In this document: piece after piece, positions 38,572 through 50,899 of the stretch | Layout of the letters: the number at the start of each line of letters is the position of its first letter | How positions within the stretch are numbered: the stretch's first letter is position 1 | DNA from: Obrimoposthia wandeli | Taxonomy: Eukaryota | Length of the DNA: 64,000 nt | Assembly: GCA_977020255.1 (NCBI GenBank) | Contig: CDROCS010000316.1 | Coordinates: 62,001-126,000 of the forward strand | Direction of reading: 5' to 3' | Position numbers and translations under genes: made by a program | Notes under the pieces: generated by a model | Databases searched by the model: none | The model's input: the letters and a program-made list of their open reading frames with translations, nothing else | What the model was told of the DNA's origin: nothing

Positions 38572-39790
38572 ATGACTAGTGTAAAATCTGAATTGTGTAT
38601 TTTCGATAGACCATTGCCACAAGTAGTGATTGAAAATTCAAGGTTTGAAGAAATATTTCCAATCAATTCAATTAATTGTGGAAATTTGAATGATATATAA
38701 TTTAATATTCATGCATCTGAAGAAGATTATCTGGATTTGAATGATACTTTGCTAAATATTAAATTAAAAGTTGTAAATGAAGATGGTACTGATTTAATGA
38801 AAGATAGCGATGTAACTCCAGAGAATTACATGTTTCAAACTTTGTTTAGAGATGTTATTCTAACACTTAATAATGTAAAGATTGAAGGAGGAAATGGATC
38901 GTATACTCATAAGGCTATATTCGATACTCTTTTGAATTTTAGTAGTGATACCAAGTATACTAACCTTGAATGTTCCGAGTATGATGATGATGCAGAAAGT
39001 CGTAAACAATGGATTAGTGAATCTAAAATATTTTCATTGTGTAATTCAATTAGATTAGATTTCTTTGATCAACAAAATTTTGATTCCAGCGATTTTTGTT
39101 TATTTGAGATTTATGAGAAATCAGCATAATTTTTCGCTCTATCCAGAAACTTCAAAACCAATTATTCAAATTCTAGATGCTAGATTGTATGTTAGACGAG
39201 TAAAAGTTGATTCTTCAGTAATGATTGGACATCAGTTAGGTTTGCAAAGTCAGAATGCAGTTTAATCAATTAGAAAAACTCAGTTAGTAACATATTCAAT
39301 TCCTCAGGGTTCTTTGGAAATTAATAAAGATCAAATATTCGGAGACTATCGTTTACCAAAGTTCATTTTGATTGTTTTCAAAGCTACACATCAGGGTGGT
39401 AAAGAATACAAAGTTACATATTCTACGTTCAATACATTTAATGTTTCAACAATATCATTAGCTAGAAATACAGATTATCAAGAGATTTATAATCTAAATA
39501 ATAACAATTTTTCATTAGCATATATGCTGTCAATTATTCAAAATATTAATATTTTAGATAAAAACTTGAATAATGGTATCAGATTTTCTGATTTTATATC
39601 ATGAAGTTCAATTTTTACTTTTCTATTAGCTCCAGATTTTGATATAAACACTACTCAGATACCTAAAACTGGTAATTTAAGACTTGAAATTAGATTTAAT
39701 TATCCTCTTTCTGTTCCTACCAGAGTTTTGATTTACGGAATATTTGATTCCGAAATTCAGAAATCGAAAAATAAAACTGTGATTGTATGA
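38572..39790 (+). pseudogene. Polinton major capsid protein (double jelly-roll type)
   Basis: MTSVKSELCIFDRPLPQVVIENSRFEEIFP..YLDLNDTLL..LYVRRVKV..RLPKFILIVF..FLLAPD..GNLRLEIRF; stops and frameshifts. Confidence 0.9.
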
Positions 39791-39863
39791 AGTAAGCTTA
39801 TTTTATATTATTTTCTTTATTTAAATTAATACTTTAGAAATGTATAAATCCTGAAAAATATTA

Positions 39864-40163
39864 TTGAATAACAAATTTAATGGAGTATATTCATTGAATA
39901 AAATTCCATCATTAAAACCCGGAGGCTACATTATCAATACTCATACTTCAAATCTACCAGGTGAACATTGGATAGCAATATTCGTTGACAGGTTCGAGAT
40001 TCGAGTGTTTGATCCTTTTGGATTCTATTATCCTCCAAAGTTGGTGTCTAAACTTGAAAAAGAAAACATTCCAGTCTACTATAATCGAGTTAAATGTCAG
40101 AATCTATTAAATAAAAACTGCGGACCTCTGAGTCTTTTTTGGTTGAAACTTCAACCCAAATAA
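39864..40163 (+). CDS. Adenain-like maturation cysteine protease
   Basis: INTHTSNLPGEHWIAIF (His), FDPFG (Asp), CQN..NCG (Gln/Cys); catalytic residues present; 5' end probably damaged. Confidence 0.9.
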   Translation: MNNKFNGVYSLNKIPSLKPGGYIINTHTSNLPGEHWIAIFVDRFEIRVFDPFGFYYPPKLVSKLEKENIPVYYNRVKCQNLLNKNCGPLSLFWLKLQPK

Positions 40164-40220
40164 TTTGGAGTATAAACAAATATTTCGTTGTAGTATTTCA
40201 TTTTATTTTTATTTTTTCAA

Positions 40221-40460
40221 ACGGCTTTTATTGATTTAGAATGTTTTATTGATAATAATTAAGAATATATTCCTAAAGAATTATGTATAATGTTTGCGAC
40301 TGACATGACTTGTCCGTTTCATTATGTGTTTAATAATCAAATACCATGGAGCAGTTTGTCGTTTTCAATTAAAAAACATCTTTATTTAATAAATCATTAT
40401 CATCAGTTATCATGATTTGAAGGTGACAATTTTGATATTCAAATCGATGATGTCAAATAA
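40221..40460 (+). pseudogene. Polinton accessory DxE (DEDD-like) protein, truncated
   Basis: FIDLECFIDNN*EYIPKELCIM..HYVF..PWSSL..HYHQLS*FEGD; homologue at 60711-61215. Confidence 0.7.
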
Positions 40461-40539
40461 AAACGTATATGACCACAGAAAAATTCATGATAGCATGAAT
40501 GAACTGAACATTCCTTTACTTGCACTTGTATTTTATCGA

Positions 40540-40907
40540 CTTTTTGATAGACAAAATAGTTTTATATGCCTTTAATTGTTAATTTCAAGGATTGTGATTC
40601 GGAACAGTTTTCGCTATTAGCAATGAGTATTTCTGTCCCATGTTTAGTACGCTACAATCATACGCTACCAGTGCTGATATATGTTGCATTCCCATGAACA
40701 TTACTAACATCATCATCTTTGTGAACATATTCGGTTGACTATTTCACTCTCTTGAATGGTAGTGTTTATTTTCTCTTTGACGATTCTCATGAATTTGTTC
40801 GTCATCAGCTTCATTTGCTTCCAAAAATATTTACCGTAATCGCTCAGTTTTATCCATCCTCCGTTTTCATCGATACATTGTTGCAATACGTTCTCAATTA
40901 GATACAT
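40540..40907 (-). pseudogene. Unknown ORF, weakly KilA-N-like
   Basis: IDENGGWIKLSDYGKYFWKQ loosely resembles KilA-N NGYINATKLC..GK.F..W. Confidence 0.25.
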
Positions 40908-40990
40908 GGCTCAATTTATTCCTTGTTTGACTTCATTCGGTTGACTTGTCCTTTCTGTCAATTGAAAACATAAATATGTAATTGTTGTAA

Positions 40991-41299
40991 TTAACTTTTA
41001 CTAATGGTCTGATTGCCAAACAATCTCGTTAAAACTTCACCATCGTAGAATCTGTCTAATGATACATGAAATCCTTGATTCGTGACCATTCTTTTTACTG
41101 CTGACATTTGTGATCTAACCGCATTAGTCAAATTTTCTGTTATATCGGTAGTTTCATCTTTGTATATTTTAAACAAATTTGGCTTCACTTGCCTGAGAAT
41201 ACCTGTAATTATTTCCTTGCTACTCGGAACTTCTGAATTCGTATCACCTTTGATATCTTTATTTCGCTCTGCGCTATACTGCTCGAATGACGCTGCCAA
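40991..41299 (-). CDS. Hypothetical 102-aa ORF just downstream (minus strand) of the hammerhead repeat
   Basis: Open frame with coding-like composition; no motif recognised. Confidence 0.35.
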   Translation of the reverse strand: MAASFEQYSAERNKDIKGDTNSEVPSSKEIITGILRQVKPNLFKIYKDETTDITENLTNAVRSQMSAVKRMVTNQGFHVSLDRFYDGEVLTRLFGNQTISKS

Positions 41300-41350
41300 C
41301 TGTCCAGTGCAGTGGTTTATCTCCTCGTCAGTCTGAGGTGCAGTTGTAAT

Positions 41351-41514
41351 TAATTTATGTCAATTTAAATGGACATTTTTACTGAGGTGCCCACAGTCAG
41401 GGAGGTATTCGTTATCATCCTCCGACGGGATAAATCCGTTTTGGCCTGCCTTGGCCTCATCAGGGAGGTGGCTAAAATGTCAGAGATAAGTCTGACAAAA
41501 AAGTAAAGCGGTTT
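41351..41514. repeat. 164-bp direct repeat, copy 1 (copy 2 at 54079-54242)
   Basis: Near-identical at offset 12728; one substitution seen, in the terminal palindrome. Confidence 0.97.
41419..41468 (-). ncRNA. Type I hammerhead ribozyme fold, G12A variant, copy 1
   Basis: Minus strand CCTCC-CTGATGA-GGCC(AAGGCA)GGCC-AAA-ACGG(ATTTATC)CCGT-C^GGAGG: all three helices pair and the cleavage triplet is GUC. Confidence 0.8.
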
Positions 41515-43889
41515 TGACCACCAAAGATTTGCCGCTCAATAGCAGCGGCCTCTCTTCTTCACCTTCCTTCCTCATCATCATTCTTGGTCATCCCAGTCGA
41601 CCGGTGTGTACAGTCATCCTATCATCCAGGCAGGCTTCAAAAAATCCCCGGGTGCACGTGTGTGTATGTCCAGAGCCGGAAATTTATCACTTCGATTCTC
41701 CCAGCGGAATCTTCCTCTCAGACTTCCATGCACCTGCCGACGCCTGCCTCAGTCGCAATCGGATGTAGCGACTTTACACACACACCATCTCTCTGCGAAA
41801 TGGTTAAAAGCACCACTTTAGTAAGTGCTGCCTCACAATTTTTTGATTATTGGAATAACCAAATATTTTGGCTAACACTATTGAAACTTAACAATTTGGA
41901 AAAAAATAAAAAAATTATTTGATCCATTTAGTTTATTGTCTCTTCCAAACAATTCAAAACAAAATATATTTACAAATCATTGGAATTGAAAGAAAGTAAA
42001 TCATAACCAACAATTTGGTGAGCCCAACCAAGGACGACAAAAACTACAGGTCATTTATTTGATTTTGTACAATCATATTTTTTTATAATAATAATTTATT
42101 TAATATTATTCATTTTTTGCATTTTAGTCACTATTTATTTGTTTATAACATTTTACATTAAAAGTTTAGTTTTATTCATTGTAACAATTTATTTAACGTT
42201 GATAATCAAATATTCATTTTATTTTCTCACGTTTAAGCCGCAATTTATATCATTTTTACATTTAGTGTTCATATTTTCTTTTGCCTTTTGTAACATTTTA
42301 ATTTACTTTGATTATTAAACATTCATTTTATTGTATACATAGCATTCTAATTTACAAAATAACTAGAAAAGCCGTTTATTTAGTTTAATTTTATTGTTTT
42401 GGTCTACATTTTTATTACATAGATATAACTTGCTAATTTGAATACATTTAGTATCAGAAGATTTTCTTTGTGTTATTTGAGCTTGTTGGAAGTATTTTAT
42501 TTTAATTTTACAACCTTAAAAAATTACAATTTCAAAGCTAGCAACATTCTATTTTTTGTGAAAAATTTGTGATTAGTGTGAAGTTTTAGGAACTCTTATA
42601 TCATATAACATTGATTAATATTATAAATATAAAATAAAAATACTATAGTTGAGGTGTTTGCAGCTTTGCGCAGAAGCCTCGTAAGATTAAACATAATTTT
42701 TGTTTTCAGAAACATAGTCGAGTTTCATTCTCTGATTTTCTTTTACAATTTGAGTTGTGTAGGTAAATTTAATTGTAATATTAATAGAAAAAATAATTTA
42801 TCGGTTTTTGGAGTTTTGTTCATATAAAGGCTAAACACTAGCTGTTGTAGGATAGAGTTTTGAACACTGACAAATATATGGAAAGGGTAATCAACAGACG
42901 ATGCATAATTCAAATAAAATAAATGTTGAGATAGATTTTAACATTTTTTCTTTAAACTGGTTTACCAATAAAGATTCGTTTTTGAAAAAATATAAATTGG
43001 AGTGGATTTATATATTAAAGACGTAATAATAAATTAAAAAACTAAAAAGATAATAAAAGTTGAAATAATTATATATATTTTTTGAATAAATATAAAACTA
43101 ATCATAAATTTGAATTTTTGTCACGAATTGTCTTGATTCCCAAGTTGCATCGAGTACTATCATATAAAGACTATACACTGGTTGACGTGGGTAGTGCTCA
43201 CATTTTATTTTTTATCACAGTGATAAGGGGCAGAGATTTTCGGGAGAAAATTTTTGAATCTTGATATTTTACTCTAACTTAAAATCAACATAAAATCAAA
43301 AATCAACATAAAACTTCAAATAGATAAATTTTCTCCAGAAATTTTTTGAACGTGTTTTTGATTTTACTAAGATAATTTGATTTTGAAATTAACCAACATT
43401 TTTTACGAATATCACCGAAATCTTTTTAATTCTCGTACGCATTACACATTTTTAATTTGTCCCAATATTTAATTTAGAAACATAAAATAAAGTAATAACA
43501 ACACAAACCCAAATATCACAAAAACAGACCCAAAATAAATAAACAAAAACGTAGCGCTAGTCTTCACTGGATACGCATTCAAACTAGATTAGTAAAAACT
43601 AACGCAAGCAAAACACCACCACAAAAACCTAAATCACAAATAAACTTCAGAACATTTAACGAATTCTTTCCAGAAACCTCCGTACATCAACACATAAATC
43701 AATTAACACCAAACAACTCAGAAAATCAAAACATAACATAAAATTTGGATACAGAAAGTTTATCCTTACTGCAAACATCTGACTCAGACAACTCGTCAGA
43801 AACATTAGAAACAGAGGCAGAACCAGTACCATCTAACCTAGAATTAAATAACGAACAAATAAACGAAGTACCCCAAACCATAGACTAAA

Positions 43890-44332
43890 CATACCACTAG
43901 ACGCATTTAATGGTGATAAATCATCTTTACCAAAATTCTTGAAATATGTGATTCTTTTGCTCAAGCATTCAAATGGACAAACCCAGAAAAACTTAGAATT
44001 TTTTTCAGCATACCTAAAAGGCACTGCCCTAACCATTTATAGAGAACTAACAAATCAACAAAAAGACACATGGGAACATTTAGTTCAACATTTTCAAAAT
44101 AGGATTTTAGGAACACAGTCCGACCAGAACTACTTATATCAATTTAGACAACGAGAACAACATGTAGGAGAACCCACAAATATATTCGCAGTCGAATTAC
44201 GATGACTTGCACTAAAATCTTTTCCCGAAATAGAATAAGAACGCTCAAAAACACCACCAAACTACAATCAAACTCAGAATTTTAATCCAGATACTCCATA
44301 TAATTTTCAAAATCATCAACAATTTAGACCAC
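43890..44332 (+). pseudogene. Ty3/Gypsy gag relic, interrupted at 44333
   Basis: LDAFNGDK..YLKGTALTIYREL..TWEHLVQHFQNR..FRQREQHVGEPTNIFAVELR*LA (Retrotrans_gag-like). Confidence 0.8.
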
Positions 44333-45350
44333 AGTAGGTAGAAGGATGGAGTCTAGACCACTTGACTCCCCCCTTGTGCGCACACAATGTTAAAGGATTT
44401 TTTCAACATAAGGGTGTCACACTATAAGGGTGTCTTGTCACACCATAAGGGTCTGGCTCAGAAATGTTAAGATAGGGGGGGAGGGGGGAAGGGTCAATTG
44501 ATCTAGTCTCCACCCTTCTTTGGTATACCATTAAAGGGTTGTGGTCGTCCATAATTTAAAGGGTCAGGCAGAGTTTTGACTTGAAGGTTTTAAGGTATGG
44601 TCATGACCGTCTATGGTTGACCATCACATCTAAAGGGTTGTAGTCGTCCATAAATCAAAGGGTCAGACTCAGTTTTGACTTGAAACTTTGAAGGTATAAT
44701 TAAGGTCAACTATGGTTGGCCAACACATCTAAAGGGTTGTGGTCGTCCATAAGTCAAAGGGTCGGGCTAAAAACAAAGTTTTTTTTTAAAATATCAAGGT
44801 TTTAATACATGGTTGTAATCATCTTTAGAAGGTGAATTCACCAATAAAGTATGGCCGTCCATAAATCAAAGGGTCGAGCTAAAGACCAAATCAAGTTTTA
44901 AATGTCAAAATTTGAATACATGGTTGTAATCATCTTTAGAAGACGAATTCATCCATATATGTATGGTCGTCCATAGATGAAGGGTTTCAAAAAAGTTGGA
45001 AATTCATAGTTTTAAGTACATGGTTGTATTCGTCAACATATTACGAGTTTAATCATGTAAAAATTTTATGGTCGTTCACAAGTTAAGGGTCAGATTTGGC
45101 ATAAATTAAGAAATTATATAGTATTCAATCAATTATTATATGTGAAAGTTCACTCTTAAAAGTTAAGGAATGTATTACGTAATCACACACACACTATTCT
45201 ATGTGAAAATTTAGTCTAAAGTTCACTCTTATCAGTTAAGGAATGTGGTTTTTAACACACACATTATTCTATGTGAAAATTTAGATCAATGTTTTTTCCT
45301 AGGCTTACACATCTAAAGAATTATGATAAAATTTCTTTAAATAACTTAAA
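44333..45350 (+). mobile_element. Solo Polinton-like terminus with ~99-111-bp subterminal tandem repeats, inserted in the gypsy gag
   Basis: Starts AGTAGGTAGA, identical to the first 10 nt at 56968; aaagggttgt(g/a)gtcgtccataa recurs at about 44533, 44632 and 44731. Confidence 0.55.
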
Positions 45351-45549
45351 TTATATATTAAAATTAAAAAAAAATAATAAGAAAGAAGTTAGAAAATAAT
45401 ACAAAATTAAACATATTTATTATGTAATTTCATAATATCATCTTCAAACTTAATTGAATAACATTTGCAAAGTAAGAAAATCCATTCTTTATAAATTCTT
45501 TCCGATTTAACGACTTAGTTACAGCGGAAAAAACAACATCAACAACACT

Positions 45550-46700
45550 CAGTTTAACGCTATGAATGAAAATTAGTAAAATATTAATTTATTTGAATAT
45601 TTGAATGAAAGTTTGAAAAAATGAGAGTTAGATTGAATGCAAATACGAGCAAGTGAATGTAATTTAAAAAAATAAGAGTGTCGCGAGTATGATTGAATGT
45701 AAGTATAATTTAGACTATAAGTAAATTAAAATCGATTTTCGTAATCAACTATAAGAAGCAGTGATATTGAGTTATGTTAAAAGTTAGAATGACTAAGTTA
45801 CAGCAATATTAATAGAAAACAATACTATGTTTGACAGTATAAGTGAAAATTAGGAAAATATTAATGAATTTGAATGCTACAGAATGATTGTAAGTGAATA
45901 CAAGTATGAATGCTAGTATGAATGTCAATACAAGTAAGTGTCTTAGCAAGTGAATGTAATTTAAAAAATAAGAGTGTCGATAGTTTGATTGAATGCGAGT
46001 GTAATTTAGACTATAAGTAAATTAAAATAGAGTTTTCGTTGAATAAATTATAGTTAGATTGAATGCAAATGAATGCAAGTATGAATGCAAGTGAATGCTA
46101 GTATGAATGTAATTTACAAGTAAGAGTCTTAGCAAGTGAATTTAATTGAAAAAATAAAAATAAGAGTGTCGATAGTTTGATTGAATGCGATTGTAATTTA
46201 GACTATAAGTAAATTAAAATAGAGTTTTCGTATGAATAAAGTAATGTTAAGTTACAGTTAGATTAATAACAAGTAAGCAACTATAAGAAGCAGTGATATT
46301 GAAGTATGTTAAAAATTAGAACGACTAAGTTATGGCAAGATTAATAGAAAACAACACTAAGTTTGAAGATATGAATGAAAATTAGTAAAATATTAATGTA
46401 TTTGAATGTAATTGAATGATAGTTTGAATAAATTACAGTTAGATTGAATGTAAATGAATGCAAGTATGATTGAATGCAGTTACAAGTACAAGTAAGAAAG
46501 AATACGACTGCAAGTACGAATGTCAATTATGAATGAAAATTAGTAAATATATTAATGAATTTGAATGCTAGTTTAAATATATGAGAGTTAGAATGAATGT
46601 AAGTGAATGCAAGTATACATGTAAGTGAATGCAAATATGAATGCAAATACAAGTACGAATCTTTGCAAGTGAATCTTAAACTGCAAGTGAGTACTAGCTA
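45550..46700. repeat. Complex satellite of GAATGCAAGT-like 10-mers with longer repeated blocks
   Basis: ataagagtgtcg..gtaatttagactataagtaaattaaaat recurs at about 45672, 45969 and 46160. Confidence 0.8.
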
Positions 46701-47339
46701 ATTATTAAATTAATACTATCAATCAATGAAGATGATGTTACAACCTGATGAAGTTATAATAATTAAGATGTGAACTTACATATTTTCACATAGTTTACCC
46801 CATGTTAAAGTTAACCTTTCATACACACTCCTGCAATTAAATAATTAAAATGTCTTATCTCGTTTAATAACATTCCTTAATTGAAATATTTTAAAATAAT
46901 TAGATAAATTTAAATTCTTTATTTTTAAATAACTTGATTATAAAATTATATTCGTAAATATAATTGAAATTATCATTATTCGTTTCTCTTTTTAACTATT
47001 CGAAAATATATTTATATACAAATTTAGTAAATTAACTCAACAAACAATTTTTTTTTAATTACTTTATATTTTTGCCATTCTCTTATCAATATAATATGAA
47101 TATTCAATTATTTCTTCAAAAATTATTTTTATATGTTATATAATATTTCTTTACCACATTATTGTGGTATTTTATCAAGTGATTTTAACTTTAAACTATT
47201 AAAAAATATTTTAATTATAAAGTTAGTAGCTGTACCCCACCGACTGCCTATAATATAAATTTCAAATATAAAGTACTATTAAATGTATTCTTTCAAATAG
47301 TAAATGTTCTTTCGAGTTATTTAATTTTGTTTACTAGAC

Positions 47340-48340
47340 ATTCGAAAATTGACTTGTAAACATAATATAATTTCGCATATATTCACTTTAATATGTTGTA
47401 AGTTATTACTTTAATATAATTTACAACCAAAACATCAAGTAATTTACTTAATAATCATAATATTAATAATTTGTACAATAAATCGACTTGTAAACATCAT
47501 ATTTGTTGTTGCATATATTCACTTTAATATGTTGTAAGTTATTACTTTAATATAATTTACAACCAAAACTTCAAGTAATTTACTTAATAATCATAGTATT
47601 AATGATTTGTACGATAAATTGACTTGTAAACATAAAATATTTACAACAAACTTCAAGTAGTTTGCTTATTAATCATAATTTAAGGATTTGTACAATAAAT
47701 TGACTTGTAAACATAATTTATTTTGTATATATTCATTTAATATATTGTAAGTTAATACTGTAATATTCCATTACATAAAAAATTAATTGATATTTTACTG
47801 TCGTTTACTATAAATTTACTTGTAAACATAATATATTTATTCATATATTCACCTTAATATGTTGTAAGTTATTACTTTAATATAATTTTCAACAAAAGCT
47901 TACAGTAGTTTACTTATTAATCATAAGTTTAATGTTTTGTACAATAAATTGATTTGTAAACATAATTTATTTTGGCATATTTTCAATTTAATATATTGTA
48001 AGTTATTACTTTAATATAATTTACAACAAAAACTTCAAGTAATTTACTTGTAAACTACAATATTAATTTGTTGTTGCATATATTCAGTTTAAAATGTTGT
48101 AAGTTATTACTGTAATATAATTTACAACAAAAACTTCATGTAGTTTACTTAATAATCATAATATTAATGATTTGTACAATAAATTGACTTGTAAACATCA
48201 TATTTGTTGTTGCATATATTCACTTTAATATGTTGTAAGTTATTACTTTAATATAATTTACAACCAAAACTTCAAGTAATTTACTTAATAATCATAATAT
48301 TAAGGATTTGTACAATAAATTGACTTGTAAACATAATTTA
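47340..48340. repeat. AT-rich tandem satellite, unit about 134 bp with shorter variants
   Basis: gacttgtaaacat..tattcactttaatatgttgtaagttattactttaatataatttacaac recurs about 7-9 times. Confidence 0.9.
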
Positions 48341-48356
48341 TATAATTATCACTGAG

Positions 48357-49295
48357 ATCTGCAATGTTCCACATTCCGGCTTCTGCATTTACACAGACAA
48401 CATCGACTGTCTTGCATATGCCGATGACCTGGATCTGTTGGCAGTCACACAGGAGAATCTCCAGTCGATGGTGTCACGTGCCACAGAAGTCGCCACTTGG
48501 AGTGGTCTCAAGTTCCGCCCAGCCAAATGTGCCTATCTGTCGTTCCCTGATCACACTGACACTCTTCTCGTCCATGATCAGCCGATCCTACGAGTGTCTC
48601 ACTCCACCTACCGATACCTCGGTGTCGCGTTCGGACACTTCAGCGCCAGGATCCTCATGCTCTGCTCAAAACCGCCCTGTCAGACATGAAGAAGATTCAG
48701 CTTAGCTCCCTTCACCCGTGGCAGAAGATTGATGCATAAAAGACGTTCATACATGGATTCTTCATTTTGATGCTTACGGTCGATCTGAAGCTCTTGAAGT
48801 GACATTGGCTATGATTTGTGCTTGAGCAACATAACCAGATCAGCCATGCACTTGCCTCCTACCAACACAAAGGCGTATCTATACAGTCCCAAGCAGCTCA
48901 CCGGTGTCGGTCTAGTATCTGCTCGCGATGAATACTCTGTCCAATCCGTCACCCAAGCTTTCCGAATGCTCACGATCCCGGACTCTCGTATTTGCATTGT
49001 GGCTCTCAAGGAGCTCTGTGAAGTCAACATCGCTCAAACCCACATCCGCTCATCTGCCTCTGCGATCGCTGACCGATGCTTTGTTAGCTGGCTCAATCAA
49101 GGTTCCGGTGACGAGCAGTTCCCGTCCTGGTGGTCCCGTGTCCGATCCAGCATTTTCTACCTGCGCAAGATCAGTCGTTCTCCTCGACGTCAAGTGCCCC
49201 TACGACGTTGTGGAAAACATCGCCCACAGTCGTGTCCTCAACGTCGAGAAGTACACCGCGCTGGCCAACGAGGTATGCGCCGTTCTCTCGGATTA
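48357..49295 (+). mobile_element. R2/NeSL-type (RLE) non-LTR retrotransposon fragment, internally deleted
   Basis: CLAYADDLDLL, GLKFRPAKC, YRYLGV, HLPPTNTKAYLYSPKQLTGVGL, then LLDVKCPY..EKYTAL (RLE); GC-rich. Confidence 0.85.
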
Positions 49296-50760
49296 GGAGC
49301 AGTTTTAGGACAACAGGAAAATAATGAAAAAGATCAAAATATAGCATATGCAAGCAGAGGTCTTAAAAAATATGAAATAAATTACTTGACAATAGAAAGA
49401 GAATACCTAGCTATTTGTTTTTCTATGGAACATTTTAAACATTACTTATTAGGTCGAAAGGTTTATGTCTTCACAGATCAAAGACCATTACAATGGCTTT
49501 TAAATCATAAGGATACAATATCTAGATTAATGAGATGAGCATTAATTTTCCAAAAATATGACATTGAAATAAAATATAGAAAATGAAAATCTAACGCCAA
49601 TGCAGATTGTCTATCACGAATAAGAGAATAAATAAACGAAATAACTTCAAACGATATCGAATTAAATCTTTTTACAATAATTCAAGCTAAATATGATGAA
49701 AAAGTAATTACTAAACTTCAAAGCAAAGATAATGAAATTCAGCAAATGACTAAATACATTAGTACAAATGAAGTACCAACAGATGAAAGATTAAGAAAAC
49801 ATTTAAAAATTCACGAATCACGATACAAATATAGTAACGAAATATTATATTATTTAAATGACAAAAATTTATATTCACTAGTAATTCTCAAGGAAATTCA
49901 ATATCATTTACTTCTTCGATATCATAATGGAGCCCTAGGACACTTATAATCAAAAAAGACACATTCACGATTAAATTTAAAATACTATTGGATCGATATG
50001 AAAGAAGATGTAAAAATTGGTGTAAAACATGTGAAATATGTCTTAAACGGAAAAATACTTTACGTACGACAAAATTACTATTAAAACCGATACCTTATCC
50101 ATCAGCCCCCATGGAAATTATTAACTGACAAAGGTCCTGAGTTCATAAATAACGTACTAGCGTCAATAGCCGAAATTTTTCACATACAAAATATCAATAC
50201 AACACCATATCACCTCAAACTAACGGATTAGTAGAACGATTTAATAGAACCCTTGAAGATATGATGGCATCATATACAAACAACAACCAAACAGATTGGG
50301 ATTTACATATACCTCCATGCCTTTTTGCATATAGAACATCAGTACATGCATCCACAGGAGAAACACCTTTTTATCTTATGTTCCTCAGAGATCCTCAAAT
50401 ACTTATTGACCTAACATTTGAACAACCTACTACACAATACTTAGAAATAACTGAATATAAAATAGAAATTAGAGAAAGAATAAAACTAGCATTTGAAAAA
50501 GCTAAATTATTTGTAAAAAACATACTAGAAAATTACAAAGAATATTATAATAGAAGAACTAATCCATCAAATATAAAAAATACAGAAGTAAAGTGATGAT
50601 TCACAATCCACAAATTAATGTAGGATTGTCACGCAAACTATCAACACCATACAAAGGACCATATACAGTCATTAGCACCAAAGGAACTAACATAACAGCC
50701 AAACTTGACAATGAACTAAAATCAAAATAAATAAGAACACATATAAACAGATGTCGAGAA
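49290..50760 (+). mobile_element. Ty3/Gypsy pol relic: RNase H and integrase
   Basis: GLGAVL..IAYASRGL..EREYLAI..HYLLG..TDQRPL; NADCLSR; HNGALGHL..YYWIDM..C..C; TDKGPEF; TNGLVERFNRTL; TPFYLMFLRDP; PYKGPY. Confidence 0.92.
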
Positions 50761-50899
50761 ATACCGAAAATACCAAAAGTAAAAAGTCACAAATATAACT
50801 TAAGCTCAACTAGCGATAATACTGTTCTACAAATGTTAACAATAAAAACTCACAAAAACAAAACAAGACTATTTGAGTCATCAAACTAGAAATACAATA

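Larger units (their letters stand above)
31953..40500 (+). mobile_element. Polinton/Maverick (adintovirus-like) element 1, decayed, right end lost
   Basis: Left terminus AGTAGGTGG at 31953; pPolB remnant, integrase, penton, core-like ORF, MCP, protease and DxE gene in colinear order. Confidence 0.88.

Noticed and set aside
47340-48340. Regular repeats that could be mistaken for a CRISPR array
   Set aside because: The units are homologous along their whole length with no unique spacers, the context is eukaryotic, and there are no cas genes
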